Part shown: positions 45,601 through 54,777 of the stretch, in pieces
Position numbering within the stretch: position 1 is the first letter of the stretch
How the letters are laid out: every line of letters starts with the position of its first letter
From: Bacteroidales bacterium
Lineage (GTDB): Bacteria > Bacteroidota > Bacteroidia > Bacteroidales > UBA1556
Assembly: GCA_016937295.1 (NCBI GenBank)
Contig: JAFGWF010000143.1
Span: 1-56,658, forward strand
Direction: 5' to 3'
Length of the DNA stretch: 56,658 bases
Translations under genes and position numbers: made by a program
Notes under the pieces: generated by a model
Told to the model about the DNA's origin: nothing
Database searches by the model: none
Seen by the model: the letters and a program-made list of their open reading frames with translations, nothing else

Positions 45601-46995
45601 TAATACATTGTTCCCAACTAACTGCGATTCAGACTCTAAACCACTCAATTGAATAGCAGCAGGATTAGCCATTTTGATGATCCCATCTTGATGAACCACA
45701 ATGGCAACAGGCGAACTGGTAAACAAATCAAAGAAGCGTTTCTCTCGCAAGGCATTCTCTTTTTTCATTTCTTCCTGATACACTTTCGTAGAAACCCAAG
45801 GAGCAAATCGCTCCAATAATCCCAAATCGTCCGTAGTCAGACCATACTCATCATTATAGTTCTGCACACCAATTACCCCAATCACTTCATCGTTGTGTGT
45901 CAGCGGCACACCTATCCATACGGCACAATCAGTTCCAAATGTGGAAATTTCCTTTTTTTCATAGAGTTTTTGCAACGATTCTTGATTAACAAAAAACGCC
46001 TCCCCGCTTCGACGCACCAAATCCGTCAAACTACCTTTTATGTTAATTCCTTCAAACACATCAAGATCATCCTTTTCGTCAATATAAAACGGAAAGGAGT
46101 AAGTGTCGTCAGCAGAATTATATAAAGCGACAAAGAAATTGTTCGTTTGAATAAACTCTTTAATTATGTTGTAACTAAAACTCAGAAAGCTCTTTAAATC
46201 AGAGTTCAAGAGCGCATTTCGTGCAATACGATTTATGGCAGAAGCGACCAACTTCATACGTGTTTGCTGCGTGTTATCTTTGATAAAATACTGATAGCCA
46301 GATTTCACGCTATCTAAATAGAATACTTCGCGATAACAATTGACATAACAAACACGTCCTTCGGAACTTGTTAGTTTTAAATCAAAATAATTTTCACCAT
46401 TCTCAGATTCTTGGTCAAAATAATCCGAATTAACATCAAGTAATTGGAAAATGGACGATTGATTAATCAGCAGTTTTTTTTCACCAAAAAGAGTTTTGGC
46501 AAAATCGTTTGCAAAAGTCACAACACCATCCTTTTCCGAAATGAGAACAGCCATACCAGAATGCTCAATCAATGCCTGATAACGGTTGTAAATTATTCTC
46601 AACTCGCGCTCGGCTTCCATTTTTGCCATCAGCATTTGGTAGTCTTCCATAGATTTCAAAATTGCCGGAATCAATCTTCCCAAATGTTCTTTTAGAATAT
46701 AATTGTCGGCTCCACTTTTCAAGCAATCCACCGCTGTTAACTCGTTCATCGAACCGGTAACAATGATAAATGGTTTTTTAGGGCATTTCAAATTACGCAT
46801 CTCAAGAGCCTGCATTCCGTTGAATTCGGGCATGGAATAATCCGACAGAATCATATCAAAATCAGAGTCTAACATCGACTCATACTCAGCCTTAGTAGCC
46901 AAATGAATCACCTGTGCATGAGGCAATTCATTGATTATATGACGTTTAATAATGTAAACATCATTCAAATTATCTTCTAAAAATAATATCCTCAT
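42673..46995 (-). CDS. giant hybrid sensor histidine kinase: REC, PAS, GAF, multiple PAS, HisKA, HATPase_c, degenerate receiver-like C-terminus
   Basis: 1440 aa. The N-terminal receiver reads MRILFLEDN...DMILSDYSMP...IIVTGS...ILKEH. The GAF-like part reads VGVPLTHNDEVIGVIGVQN. Several PAS/PAC blocks follow. The H-box is FLANMSHEIRTPMN and the G-boxes are EGTGLGLALSKAYVELMGGEI. The last ~126 aa are receiver-like. Confidence 0.9.
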   Translation of the reverse strand: MRILFLEDNLNDVYIIKRHIINELPHAQVIHLATKAEYESMLDSDFDMILSDYSMPEFNGMQALEMRNLKCPKKPFIIVTGSMNELTAVDCLKSGADNYILKEHLGRLIPAILKSMEDYQMLMAKMEAERELRIIYNRYQALIEHSGMAVLISEKDGVVTFANDFAKTLFGEKKLLINQSSIFQLLDVNSDYFDQESENGENYFDLKLTSSEGRVCYVNCYREVFYLDSVKSGYQYFIKDNTQQTRMKLVASAINRIARNALLNSDLKSFLSFSYNIIKEFIQTNNFFVALYNSADDTYSFPFYIDEKDDLDVFEGINIKGSLTDLVRRSGEAFFVNQESLQKLYEKKEISTFGTDCAVWIGVPLTHNDEVIGVIGVQNYNDEYGLTTDDLGLLERFAPWVSTKVYQEEMKKENALREKRFFDLFTSSPVAIVVHQDGIIKMANPAAIQLSGLESESQLVGNNVLSFVSDDFVDKVSERAKLVAQGFPQPTIVEKLKTYNNGFIYVEVTAIPFELDNKPANQVIMKDVTAEIKAREELLESEEKFRTAFKTSLDAITITEVETGNYVDVNEAFVRYTGFAEDEAIGQNSSSLNIWNDEVDRQKLISEIRDKGYVANFQTRFRMKSGKVEDALVSARFITFKNKSYLIMMSRVITDFVEASRQIEISEQKFNQIFNLASDPILLYRLTDQVVFHDFNQAFTDLYGYDIGELKNQSVYSIVADESLKMLPQHIESLRFDKTIRFETLHLKKSGEEVPVEVSARKIVIDDEDYILAIERDITERKHAETRLKYAREEYKRLSDLFRSLSDNVQAMIWAKDLNGNFIFTNKYFCDNLLIAKDVYEPLGKNDMFFANRQRQAKPDQPEWHTFGELCINSDEIVIQSKQTGRFEEFGNVKGKHLYLDVIKSPLFNESGELVATVGFGSDITEIKKAQNLLRDSEEKFRLSFSSSPDGLAIICFETMQAIEVNDRFTELTGYGSENWPEKFEFIPPFNNPDNVDYLIDRLMKDGSFRNLEYEITSATGTKFNALISANLLNVADKPHVMLVLTDITELKNIQQQLEVAIQRAEESDRLKSAFLANMSHEIRTPMNHIIGFTEFIKQGVSEEELHAYIDIIQKSSNHLLALINDIIDISKIEAGEVKMNITRLNPSSIVKELADSFAYDQRLLSKPNVRFVNNSRFSMLYHIKADRVRLMQVLINLITNAIKFTFDGSIEFGYDIQSDGFVRFYVRDTGIGISEESQKIVFERFRQATSQKYRNNEGTGLGLALSKAYVELMGGEIGLQSTVDKGSEFYFTIPLYQQKNKKAAQNADSFNGPNSIGLLLSDTTDEFLLMTFIKGISKDFNILKFNFGDSLSSIFNQEFLMIFISLGESVEESVRILKEIRARNEEWIIVGLLDYQRQVYDYQLQDTGFSAFIEKPLSKAKVASVFEKFLSEDGFIKES

Positions 46996-47089
46996 AATAT
47001 ATTAATTTGCATTGTGATCTCATAAAAAAATAAAATAATGAAATCTAAAAGTTTTATAACTGAATTACCGATAATTAACATAACAAACT

Positions 47090-48721
47090 TCAAGGCACAA
47101 AATCAAAAATCGGCAGTCCAAAACCAATTTCAGCACCCTGCCCCTCGCTTTTTGCATAAACAAATCCAAGATGTTTTTCCACGATTCGCTTAACAATTGC
47201 CAAACCGATACCTGTACCTTCATTTCCCAAATCAGGATTCGACTGATAAAAAATATCAAAAATCTTAGTTGCAGTCTCCTCAGAGAAACCCACACCGTTG
47301 TCGATAATAAAATAAACAATATGAGACGACTGCCTTCTAAAACCAACCTCAACTGAAGGAAGTTCGGCATTTTTAGAAAACTTAAAAGCGTTGGAAACCA
47401 GATTAATAACCACCTGTTTAATCAAAGCATAATCGCCTTGAATTTTCGGAAGGGGTTCAATTTTAATGGAATAATCTAAAGCACGTTCTTGAGGAATACT
47501 TTCGTTGATGATTGATTCAAAAAGAAGATACATGTCAATGGTTTCTTTTTGAAGTTTCCTTCCACTTGTGGACGAAAACCTTAACAAATCCTCAATCAAA
47601 CGCATCATTTTTTTGCTTTGCTTATGAATTTCGTCAATCATAAATTTTTGTTCACCCGTAACTTTCCCCTTAAGATCCAAATTTAGAAATTCGGAATAAT
47701 GAACCAACGCGCGAAGAGGTGTTTTCAAATCGTGAGAAACACTATAATTAAAGGACTCCAAATCTTTATTTTTCTCATTCAAAATAGCTGCCTGCTTCTC
47801 CAACTCATCTGTACGTTGTAGAACCATGGTTTCCAATTTTTGAGCATAGTTCTTTTGATCCTCTTCTAACAAGAGTTTTTTGTCAACCAAAGTATCAAAT
47901 CGAAATAAAAACTGGTCTATTTCTTTCAAAACCAAATTCATCTGACCAGATGATTTCCGTTCGGCTCCTAAAAGTCTGCTATCGACATAACTCATTAAAT
48001 CGTCCACCACTTTCTGGGCTTTTCGATTGGCACGTCTCGAAACTATGTAAACCAAGCCAAACACAACAAACAAAACCAAAGCAATTTGGAATAGACGTTT
48101 AAAGAAATGAAGCTGAAAAAAATGATAGAATAAGTTGTGCGATAAATTCAAATCATCAAGGTAATTGCCTGCACCAATCATCCATTCAAAATCGTGATAG
48201 CCCTTGACAAAAGAAATTTTGTCGGAAACCTTTGAAGAGCCCATTTTTTGAAACTTATATTCCATAAAGCCACCGTCAGGATTATTGTAGGCATCAAGTT
48301 CCATCAAATAGAGATTTTTGCCATCCACGTCTTTCATATCCACGATTGATTTATTCCAAACCCTTTTCCCATCAAATATCAAAGCCTTTCCATCGGCTTT
48401 ATTGATAAAAATGTAACCACCATAAGGCATTCGATAATCTGCTAAAAAATTCAAAATGCGTTCTATTGCCACTGAATCATTCGCTTGGTTTTTTCTTACA
48501 TAGCTGATATAATGAATAATGCGATTAACCTCTTGCTGAAGCATCAACCGATTACTATTCATAATCATATCGTTACTATGCTTCTGGTATTTTTTCAAGT
48601 CGAAATAACCCGAACCTATCCAAACTGCGCTGATAAGCATAACTACCAATAAAGCAAGAGACAACTGATAAGTTATCAGCCATTTTTGCAAGCTTATTAA
48701 TTTACGTTGATTAGGTCCCAT
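47090..48721 (-). CDS. membrane sensor histidine kinase with extracytoplasmic Cache-like domain
   Basis: 543 aa. Domain order is TM helix, a ~190-aa periplasmic domain (YGGYIFINKADGKALIF..., Cache-like), a second TM helix and a coiled coil. The H-box is FNYSVSHDLKTPLRAL and the ATPase part is GTGIGLAIVKRIVEKHLG. Confidence 0.85.
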   Translation of the reverse strand: MGPNQRKLISLQKWLITYQLSLALLVVMLISAVWIGSGYFDLKKYQKHSNDMIMNSNRLMLQQEVNRIIHYISYVRKNQANDSVAIERILNFLADYRMPYGGYIFINKADGKALIFDGKRVWNKSIVDMKDVDGKNLYLMELDAYNNPDGGFMEYKFQKMGSSKVSDKISFVKGYHDFEWMIGAGNYLDDLNLSHNLFYHFFQLHFFKRLFQIALVLFVVFGLVYIVSRRANRKAQKVVDDLMSYVDSRLLGAERKSSGQMNLVLKEIDQFLFRFDTLVDKKLLLEEDQKNYAQKLETMVLQRTDELEKQAAILNEKNKDLESFNYSVSHDLKTPLRALVHYSEFLNLDLKGKVTGEQKFMIDEIHKQSKKMMRLIEDLLRFSSTSGRKLQKETIDMYLLFESIINESIPQERALDYSIKIEPLPKIQGDYALIKQVVINLVSNAFKFSKNAELPSVEVGFRRQSSHIVYFIIDNGVGFSEETATKIFDIFYQSNPDLGNEGTGIGLAIVKRIVEKHLGFVYAKSEGQGAEIGFGLPIFDFVP

Positions 48722-48848
48722 TTAGTAAAGCAAAAAGAGCTGCAATTTACAAACAAATTTTAACAAGAAGCAAATTCACATCGAAAAACAGAAAATCATC
48801 AAAAAGCATATTTTCTACAACATTTTTTTTACAACATAGTATAATTTC

Positions 48849-48856
48849 TATCTTTG
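48849..48856 (+). promoter_or_regulatory. -7 promoter box TATCTTTG upstream of the PUR-like gene
   Basis: Exact TAnnTTTG match 34 nt upstream of the ATG at 48891. Confidence 0.45.
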
Positions 48857-48890
48857 TCAACAGAAATATGACTTTAAAATTGATTTGGTA

Positions 48891-49187
48891 ATGGAAGACA
48901 CAAGAGACAATGCAGTAGTCTTTAATAGGACTTTAAAAGCCGGGAAAAGAACCTATTTTTTCGATGTGAAAGAGACGAACAATGGAGAATTCTATCTAAG
49001 TTTGACCGAGAGCAAAAGGTTTTTTAATAAAAATGACGGCAGTTTTTATTTCAAAAAGCGCAACATATATTTGTATAAAGAAAACATGATAGAGTTCAGT
49101 AAGCAACTCCATGAGATTATCCAATTCATTGAAGAAAATCAAGGAATGGAAAGCTCATACTCCAATACCTCAAACATAGAAGATTAA
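48891..49187 (+). CDS. DUF3276 / PUR-alpha-like nucleic-acid-binding protein
   Basis: The ORF track starts with TTG at 48885, and the first ATG is at 48891. FNRTLKAGKRTYFFDVKETNNGEFYLSLTESKRFF...NIYLYKENMIEFSKQL matches my recollection of the Bacteroidota DUF3276 (PUR repeat) family. Confidence 0.65.
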   Translation: MEDTRDNAVVFNRTLKAGKRTYFFDVKETNNGEFYLSLTESKRFFNKNDGSFYFKKRNIYLYKENMIEFSKQLHEIIQFIEENQGMESSYSNTSNIED

Positions 49188-49272
49188 CAAAAAACAAGAA
49201 TTATAAGCATCACTAACTTTTCTACTGTTAAAAACTAACTCAATCGAGAAAAAACAGGAAGCAAGTTTATAC

Positions 49273-49280
49273 TATATTTG
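49273..49280 (+). promoter_or_regulatory. -7 promoter box TATATTTG upstream of the MBL-hydrolase / parAB gene string
   Basis: Exact TAnnTTTG match 102 nt upstream of the ATG at 49383. The leader contains an 8-bp hairpin, GAAATCAT...ATGATTTC. Confidence 0.3.
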
Positions 49281-49382
49281 CACTCCTAAAGTTAGCCATG
49301 AAATCATGCATTAACCTGATGATTTCGGTTCAAAATTTCGATTTTTCAAGAGACGAATCCATCAAATCAAAATGTTCAAATT

Positions 49383-50063
49383 ATGAAAATAACTTATTAC
49401 GGACATGCTTGCTGGGGAGTTGAAATAGGTGGAAAAAACCTTCTTTTTGACCCATTTATAAGTCCAAATCCATTAGCAAAACATATTGATATTGCCTCAG
49501 TTAAGGCAGATTATATTCTTATTACTCACGGACATGAAGACCATGTTGCGGATGCTTTATTCATTGCCCAAAAAACAGGAGCTACGATAGTTTCCAATTT
49601 TGAAATAGTGAATTGGTTTATGAAACAAGGCCACGAAAAAATTCATCCGATGAACATTGGTGGCAAATGGAAATTTGATTTTGGAAGTGTAACCTATTTT
49701 AGCGCAACTCACTCCAGTTCAATGCCTGATGGAAGTTATGGAGGCAATCCGGGAAGTTTTATTATCGAATCGTCCGAAGGCAATTTCTATCATGCCGGCG
49801 ACACCGGATTGATGTCTGACATGAAACTTATTCCACTTATCACTAAGCTCGACTTTGCCATGTTGCCCATTGGTGATAATTTTACGATGGATACCCATCA
49901 AGCGGTGTTGGCCTCCGACTTTATTCAATGCGATGAAATATTGGCCATGCACTTCGACACTTTTGGATATATAGTTGTCAATAAAGAAGTTGCAGTAGAA
50001 ACCTTCAAAAAAGTCGGCAAAAAATTACATTTTGTCGAAATTGGACAAACGATAAACCGCTAA
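49383..50063 (+). CDS. UPF0173-type metallo-beta-lactamase-fold hydrolase
   Basis: 226 aa with MKITYYGHACWGVEIGGKNLLFDPFIS, ILITHGHEDHVAD and FYHAGDTG. Confidence 0.85.
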   Translation: MKITYYGHACWGVEIGGKNLLFDPFISPNPLAKHIDIASVKADYILITHGHEDHVADALFIAQKTGATIVSNFEIVNWFMKQGHEKIHPMNIGGKWKFDFGSVTYFSATHSSSMPDGSYGGNPGSFIIESSEGNFYHAGDTGLMSDMKLIPLITKLDFAMLPIGDNFTMDTHQAVLASDFIQCDEILAMHFDTFGYIVVNKEVAVETFKKVGKKLHFVEIGQTINR

Positions 50064-50069
50064 TAAAAT

Positions 50070-50870
50070 ATGGGTAAAGTAATTGCCATAGCAAATCAAA
50101 AAGGAGGCGTAGGAAAAACTACCACCGCCATAAATCTGAGCGCAGCACTTTCAATTTTAGAGTTTAAGACTTTATTGATTGATGCCGACCCACAAGCAAA
50201 TGCTACGTCGGGAGTCGGTTTCGATCCTAAAATTATAAAAACGTCTATCTACGAATGCATCATTGACGACGTGAAACCTGCCGACATCGTTTTAGAAACC
50301 GAAACTCCGGGATTGTATTTGATTCCGGCACATATCGACTTGGTAGGAGCTGAAATAGAAATGATTAATCTACCAAATCGGGAAAAGATGATGCAAAAAA
50401 CCATCAATAAAGTTAAAGACGATTACGACTTTATCATTATTGATTGTTCCCCGTCTTTAGGTTTGATTACCGTTAATGCCTTGGCTGCTGCCGACTCAGT
50501 AATAATTCCAGTTCAATGCGAGTATTTCGCCTTAGAAGGATTAGGCAAGCTACTGAATACCATCAGAATAGTACAAGACAGAATAAATCCTGAGTTGGAC
50601 ATTGAAGGCATATTATTAACTATGTTCGACCAACGCACCCGATTATCAAGGCAAGTAGTGCAAGACGTTAGAGTTCATTTTGAGCATATTGTTTTCGACA
50701 CAATAATACATCGGAATACACGACTGAGTGAAGCTCCAAGTTATGGCGAGCCCATTATGATTCACGACATAAACTCAAAAGGTTCAACTAATTATCTCAA
50801 TTTAGCCAGAGAAATACTTCAGAAAAACGATCTTACAAAGATTAAAGCAAAGGACAAGAAAATAGATTAA
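50070..50870 (+). CDS. parA: chromosome partitioning ATPase ParA/Soj
   Basis: 266 aa with the deviant Walker [28 protein letters not shown] and [10 protein letters not shown]. Confidence 0.95.
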   Translation: MGKVIAIANQKGGVGKTTTAINLSAALSILEFKTLLIDADPQANATSGVGFDPKIIKTSIYECIIDDVKPADIVLETETPGLYLIPAHIDLVGAEIEMINLPNREKMMQKTINKVKDDYDFIIIDCSPSLGLITVNALAAADSVIIPVQCEYFALEGLGKLLNTIRIVQDRINPELDIEGILLTMFDQRTRLSRQVVQDVRVHFEHIVFDTIIHRNTRLSEAPSYGEPIMIHDINSKGSTNYLNLAREILQKNDLTKIKAKDKKID

Positions 50871-50871
50871 A

Positions 50872-51759
50872 ATGGAAAAGAAAAGAGGATTAGCCAAAGG
50901 ATTAGATGCCATATTGGGAGGAAGTTACAGCACTGAAGATACCGTTAACATAAAAGTTGGCGATCAAGCAGGAAGAAGTGGCGTTTTTGAAATAGATATG
51001 AATAATATCCAAGCAAACCCTCAACAGCCACGGGATAAATTTGACGAAGAAAAACTCGTTGAGCTTACAGAATCCATCAAGGCTATGGGAATAATTCAAC
51101 CAATCACACTTCGCCGCACCGACCGCCATCAATATCAGATTATCTCCGGAGAGCGCCGTTATCGAGCAGCAAAGGCAGCAGGACTTCATTTTATTCCGGC
51201 ATTTATCCGTGAGGCTGACGACAATCAAATGTTTGAAATGGCTCTGGTCGAAAATATTCAACGTGAAGATTTAAACCCCATTGAAATTGCGCTGAGTTAT
51301 CAAAAACTGATGGATGAATACAGCTACACCGTTGACCAAATTGCCTTAAGAGTCGGAAAAAACAGAACCACTGTGCACAATTTTTTAAGACTTTTAAAAC
51401 TCCCTGACTCAATCCAATTTGCAGTAAAACAAAACGAAATTTCGGCTGGTCATGCGCGAGCACTTATCAACATTGAGAAAGATTCGGACCGCGAACAGAT
51501 TTTATCGGAAATTAAAGAAAAAGAGCTTTCAGTGCGAGAAGTGGAAGAATTAGTTCGAAAACTGAATTCCCGCCCTAAAAATAAAAGAGTTACGCCAACC
51601 GAAGCGCTTCCGGAGGTTTTCAAACAAGCTCAAACCGAAATCACCAAATCTATTGGGCAAAAAGTTATAATTAAAAGAAATATCAAAGGAAAAGGGAGTA
51701 TCACTATACCGTTTTCGGACGATCAAACGTTGAATACTATTCTTAACAAACTTAAATAA
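50872..51759 (+). CDS. parB: chromosome partitioning protein ParB/Spo0J
   Basis: 295 aa with GIIQPITLR, IISGERRYRAAKAAG, ALVENIQREDLNPIE and an HTH (VDQIALRVGKNRTTVHNFLRLL). Confidence 0.95.
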   Translation: MEKKRGLAKGLDAILGGSYSTEDTVNIKVGDQAGRSGVFEIDMNNIQANPQQPRDKFDEEKLVELTESIKAMGIIQPITLRRTDRHQYQIISGERRYRAAKAAGLHFIPAFIREADDNQMFEMALVENIQREDLNPIEIALSYQKLMDEYSYTVDQIALRVGKNRTTVHNFLRLLKLPDSIQFAVKQNEISAGHARALINIEKDSDREQILSEIKEKELSVREVEELVRKLNSRPKNKRVTPTEALPEVFKQAQTEITKSIGQKVIIKRNIKGKGSITIPFSDDQTLNTILNKLK

Positions 51760-51763
51760 TGGA

Positions 51764-52336
51764 ATGAAAATCGCGGCACAAGCTATCGGGATGTTATTAT
51801 TTTTGGTGTTTTCGCAAAGTGCGGCGTTTTCCCAAAGCAGCGATTCCATTGTTAAAATAAACTCCGATACTTCATATACAGAAATTCATTCGGCTAAAAA
51901 AGCCGGATGGATGTCGGCAGCCCTTCCCGGTCTTGGTCAGGTTTACAACAAAAAATACTGGAAGGTGCCAATTGTTTATGCCGCTTTAGGCACCACAACC
52001 TACTTTATAATTGATAACAACAAAAAATACCAGAATTACCGTCAAGCTTACGCAAATCGTCTTGACTCAGACACCCTAAATGACACAGAATTTATGGCCT
52101 ATAAAACGGAGGATTTGCGAGAATTAAAGAATTATTACTGGCGATATCGCGATTTAAACGCATTTCTTTTTGTTGGAATTTGGATGCTTAATATCTTAGA
52201 TGCTGTAGTTGACGCCCACTTATACACATTTGACATTGGTAATAATCTATCCATGCGAATTCAGCCTTCCATGCACAATACGTCAATGAATCAACATAAA
52301 CCGGTTTATGGATTATCGTTTCAACTAAGATTTTGA
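51764..52336 (+). CDS. DUF5683 domain protein
   Basis: 190 aa. SAALPGLGQVYNKKYWKVPIVYAALG is the family hallmark. It sits in the conserved position after parB in Bacteroidota. Confidence 0.65.
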   Translation: MKIAAQAIGMLLFLVFSQSAAFSQSSDSIVKINSDTSYTEIHSAKKAGWMSAALPGLGQVYNKKYWKVPIVYAALGTTTYFIIDNNKKYQNYRQAYANRLDSDTLNDTEFMAYKTEDLRELKNYYWRYRDLNAFLFVGIWMLNILDAVVDAHLYTFDIGNNLSMRIQPSMHNTSMNQHKPVYGLSFQLRF

Positions 52337-52338
52337 CT

Positions 52339-53034
52339 ATGAATAAGATAATATTATCAGGAAATGGGAAAATGGGTAAAATCATTCAAGATTTGGCTCC
52401 AAATCACCACTGCGAAATAGTAAAAATACTGGATAAAAAAGAAGACTGGGACGAGTTATACGACAACGATTTAAATCATCATGTAATCATTGATTTTTCG
52501 ACTCCTGACGTAGTGTTATCCAATATTAGAAATGCTTTTAAACTACAGATACCCATTGTTGTTGGCACGACCGGCTGGCATCAATATCTCGAAGAAATAA
52601 GACAAGATTGTCAAACTCAAAACGGAAGTCTTGTATTTGCATTCAATTTCAGCATTGGTATGAATTTGTTTTTTAAACTCAATACTTTTTTGGGAAAACT
52701 TATGCAACAGCGTGATAGCTACCAAGTTGGCATTGAAGAAACGCATCATATCCAGAAGTTGGATAGCCCAAGCGGCACGGCAATCGCCTTAAGGCAACAG
52801 CTACAGGAATATTTACCAAAAGGCAAACACCCCATCGCCATCACCTCGTATAGAGAAGGCACTGTGTCGGGCATCCATACTGTGATTTATAAAGGAATAG
52901 AGGATGAAATTTCGATACGACATGAAGCCTTTAATCGACAAGGGTTTGCCAATGGCGCTCTAATCGCAGCAAATTGGCTAAAAGATAAAAAGGGATTTTA
53001 TAATTTTGCCGACATAATTTTTAACGATGATTAA
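52339..53034 (+). CDS. dapB: 4-hydroxy-tetrahydrodipicolinate reductase
   Basis: The ORF track starts with TTG at 52333, and the ATG at 52339 gives MNKIILSGNGKMGK. Motifs are VIIDFSTP, VVGTTGW and EETHHIQKLDSPSGTA. Confidence 0.9.
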   Translation: MNKIILSGNGKMGKIIQDLAPNHHCEIVKILDKKEDWDELYDNDLNHHVIIDFSTPDVVLSNIRNAFKLQIPIVVGTTGWHQYLEEIRQDCQTQNGSLVFAFNFSIGMNLFFKLNTFLGKLMQQRDSYQVGIEETHHIQKLDSPSGTAIALRQQLQEYLPKGKHPIAITSYREGTVSGIHTVIYKGIEDEISIRHEAFNRQGFANGALIAANWLKDKKGFYNFADIIFNDD

Positions 53035-53109
53035 CGCGATTTACAATACTAAAACTCCATTAACTCGTTTCAGAAAATCAATTATCAGATAATATTAAAA
53101 CCAGAAATA

Positions 53110-54750
53110 ATGCAAAACCTGCTCATCTTTTTAATAATTACAGCCATTCCGACTTTTATCGGATTGATGAAAGTTTTCGAAAAAGCCGGACAAAAGCCAT
53201 TTCTTGCGCTCATACCTTTTTTAAACGCATGGATTTGGTTAGAAGTTATTGAGAAGCCAAAGTGGTGGTTTCTGTTCGTATTGATACCTTTCATCAATGT
53301 ATTCATGCTTTTGTTGATGCTTGTCGAAACCGCTAAAGCATTCAACAAGAATCAGTTATGGGAGCAAGGTTTAGCAGCGATAGCTCCGTTTTATTATATG
53401 CCATATTTAGGCTTTTCAAAAAATGAAACCTATCAAACAAAAGCCATTCGCGTTCCGTTTAAGAAGTCGAAAATTCGAGAATGGACTGATGCCATAATCT
53501 TTGCTGTAGTTGCAGCAAGTATAATAAGGATGTTTATTTTTGAAGCATACACCATACCTACTCCATCAATGGAAAAGTCGATGTTAGTCGGCGACTATTT
53601 GTTTGTCAGCAAGTTAACGTATGGAGCGAGAATGCCCAATACCCCAATAGCGTTTCCTTTTGTTCATCACACGATGCCATTTAGCAAAACTGCCAAATCG
53701 TTTGTTGAGTGGATAAAATTCCCTTATTACCGATTTTTTGGTTTCAAACAAGTAAAAAACAACGACATTGTGGTATTCAATTATCCAGATGGCGACACGG
53801 TTGCGCTCAACTATCAAAATCAAAGCTATTATGCACTTGTGCGTAGCTACGGATGGAGTCAAGTCAATAACCCTAACTTTATTCCGCCGGGACGCCAACT
53901 GCCGATGGGAAAAGTAATTGCCCGCCCGATTGACAAGCGCGAGAATTATATTAAAAGATGTGTTGCCATTGCAGGTGATGAATTAGAGATTATTGACCAA
54001 CAAATATTTATTAATGGAAAAAAAGCCGAAAACCCAAAAGAACTTCAATATCAATACTTTTTAATAACTCAACCAGGCAGTATGTTTTCCAAGTCGGAGT
54101 TAAAAAAATTAGACATCAATCGAGACGATATTGATATGTACAGCAGCACCATTTTTTCTCCAGGGTATCACAGCTATATTACAAATAATTTGTTACCGTT
54201 GACTTATTCCGACACAGCCTTTACCGAAAATGAACTGCCTAACTTAGGAATGATTACTTTGAGTGAAAAAATGGCTGATATTTTAAAGAAGAGTCCAAAG
54301 GTAAAGCATTTGGAGAGAGTGATTTACAAGAAAGGAATTGCAAATCCTGATAATGATATATTTCCACATCAACCAAATATATACCCATGGAATCAGGACA
54401 ATTTTGGACCATTAAGCATTCCGGCAAGGGGCGAAACAATAGCATTAAACACTGACAATATCCATCTATACAAGAGGATTATTGAGGTTTATGAAAATCA
54501 TGACTTAGAATTAAGAGATGGAAAAATAAGGATTGATGGCATAGAAAGCAATACCTACACTTTTGCAATGAATTACTATTGGATGATGGGAGATAATCGC
54601 CATAATTCTGCGGATTCGAGATTTTGGGGCTTCGTACCTGAAGACCACGTTTCAGGCACACCATTATTTATATGGATGAGTTTAGATAAGGATTTAAGCC
54701 TTACCGAAGGAAAGATTCGATTTGAAAGAACCTTTAAAGTTCCGGAATAA
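53110..54750 (+). CDS. lepB: signal peptidase I (S26) with N-terminal DUF5684-like membrane extension
   Basis: 546 aa. The N-terminus FEKAGQKPFLALIPFLNAWIWLEVIEKPKWW is DUF5684-like. The catalytic Ser lies in PTPSMEKSMLVGDYLFVSK, the Lys box is IKRCVAIAGD, and GDNRHNSADSRFWGFVPEDHV follows. Confidence 0.9.
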   Translation: MQNLLIFLIITAIPTFIGLMKVFEKAGQKPFLALIPFLNAWIWLEVIEKPKWWFLFVLIPFINVFMLLLMLVETAKAFNKNQLWEQGLAAIAPFYYMPYLGFSKNETYQTKAIRVPFKKSKIREWTDAIIFAVVAASIIRMFIFEAYTIPTPSMEKSMLVGDYLFVSKLTYGARMPNTPIAFPFVHHTMPFSKTAKSFVEWIKFPYYRFFGFKQVKNNDIVVFNYPDGDTVALNYQNQSYYALVRSYGWSQVNNPNFIPPGRQLPMGKVIARPIDKRENYIKRCVAIAGDELEIIDQQIFINGKKAENPKELQYQYFLITQPGSMFSKSELKKLDINRDDIDMYSSTIFSPGYHSYITNNLLPLTYSDTAFTENELPNLGMITLSEKMADILKKSPKVKHLERVIYKKGIANPDNDIFPHQPNIYPWNQDNFGPLSIPARGETIALNTDNIHLYKRIIEVYENHDLELRDGKIRIDGIESNTYTFAMNYYWMMGDNRHNSADSRFWGFVPEDHVSGTPLFIWMSLDKDLSLTEGKIRFERTFKVPE

Positions 54751-54777
54751 CCTACTACTAATAAATAACTTACCTTT

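Noticed and set aside
51257-51267. parS-like sequence TTCAACGTGAA inside parB
   Set aside because: It has an extra base relative to the TGTTNCACGTGAAACA core (TTCACGTGAA), so the palindrome is broken. It simply encodes the conserved ENIQRED motif. I saw no exact parS elsewhere in the window.
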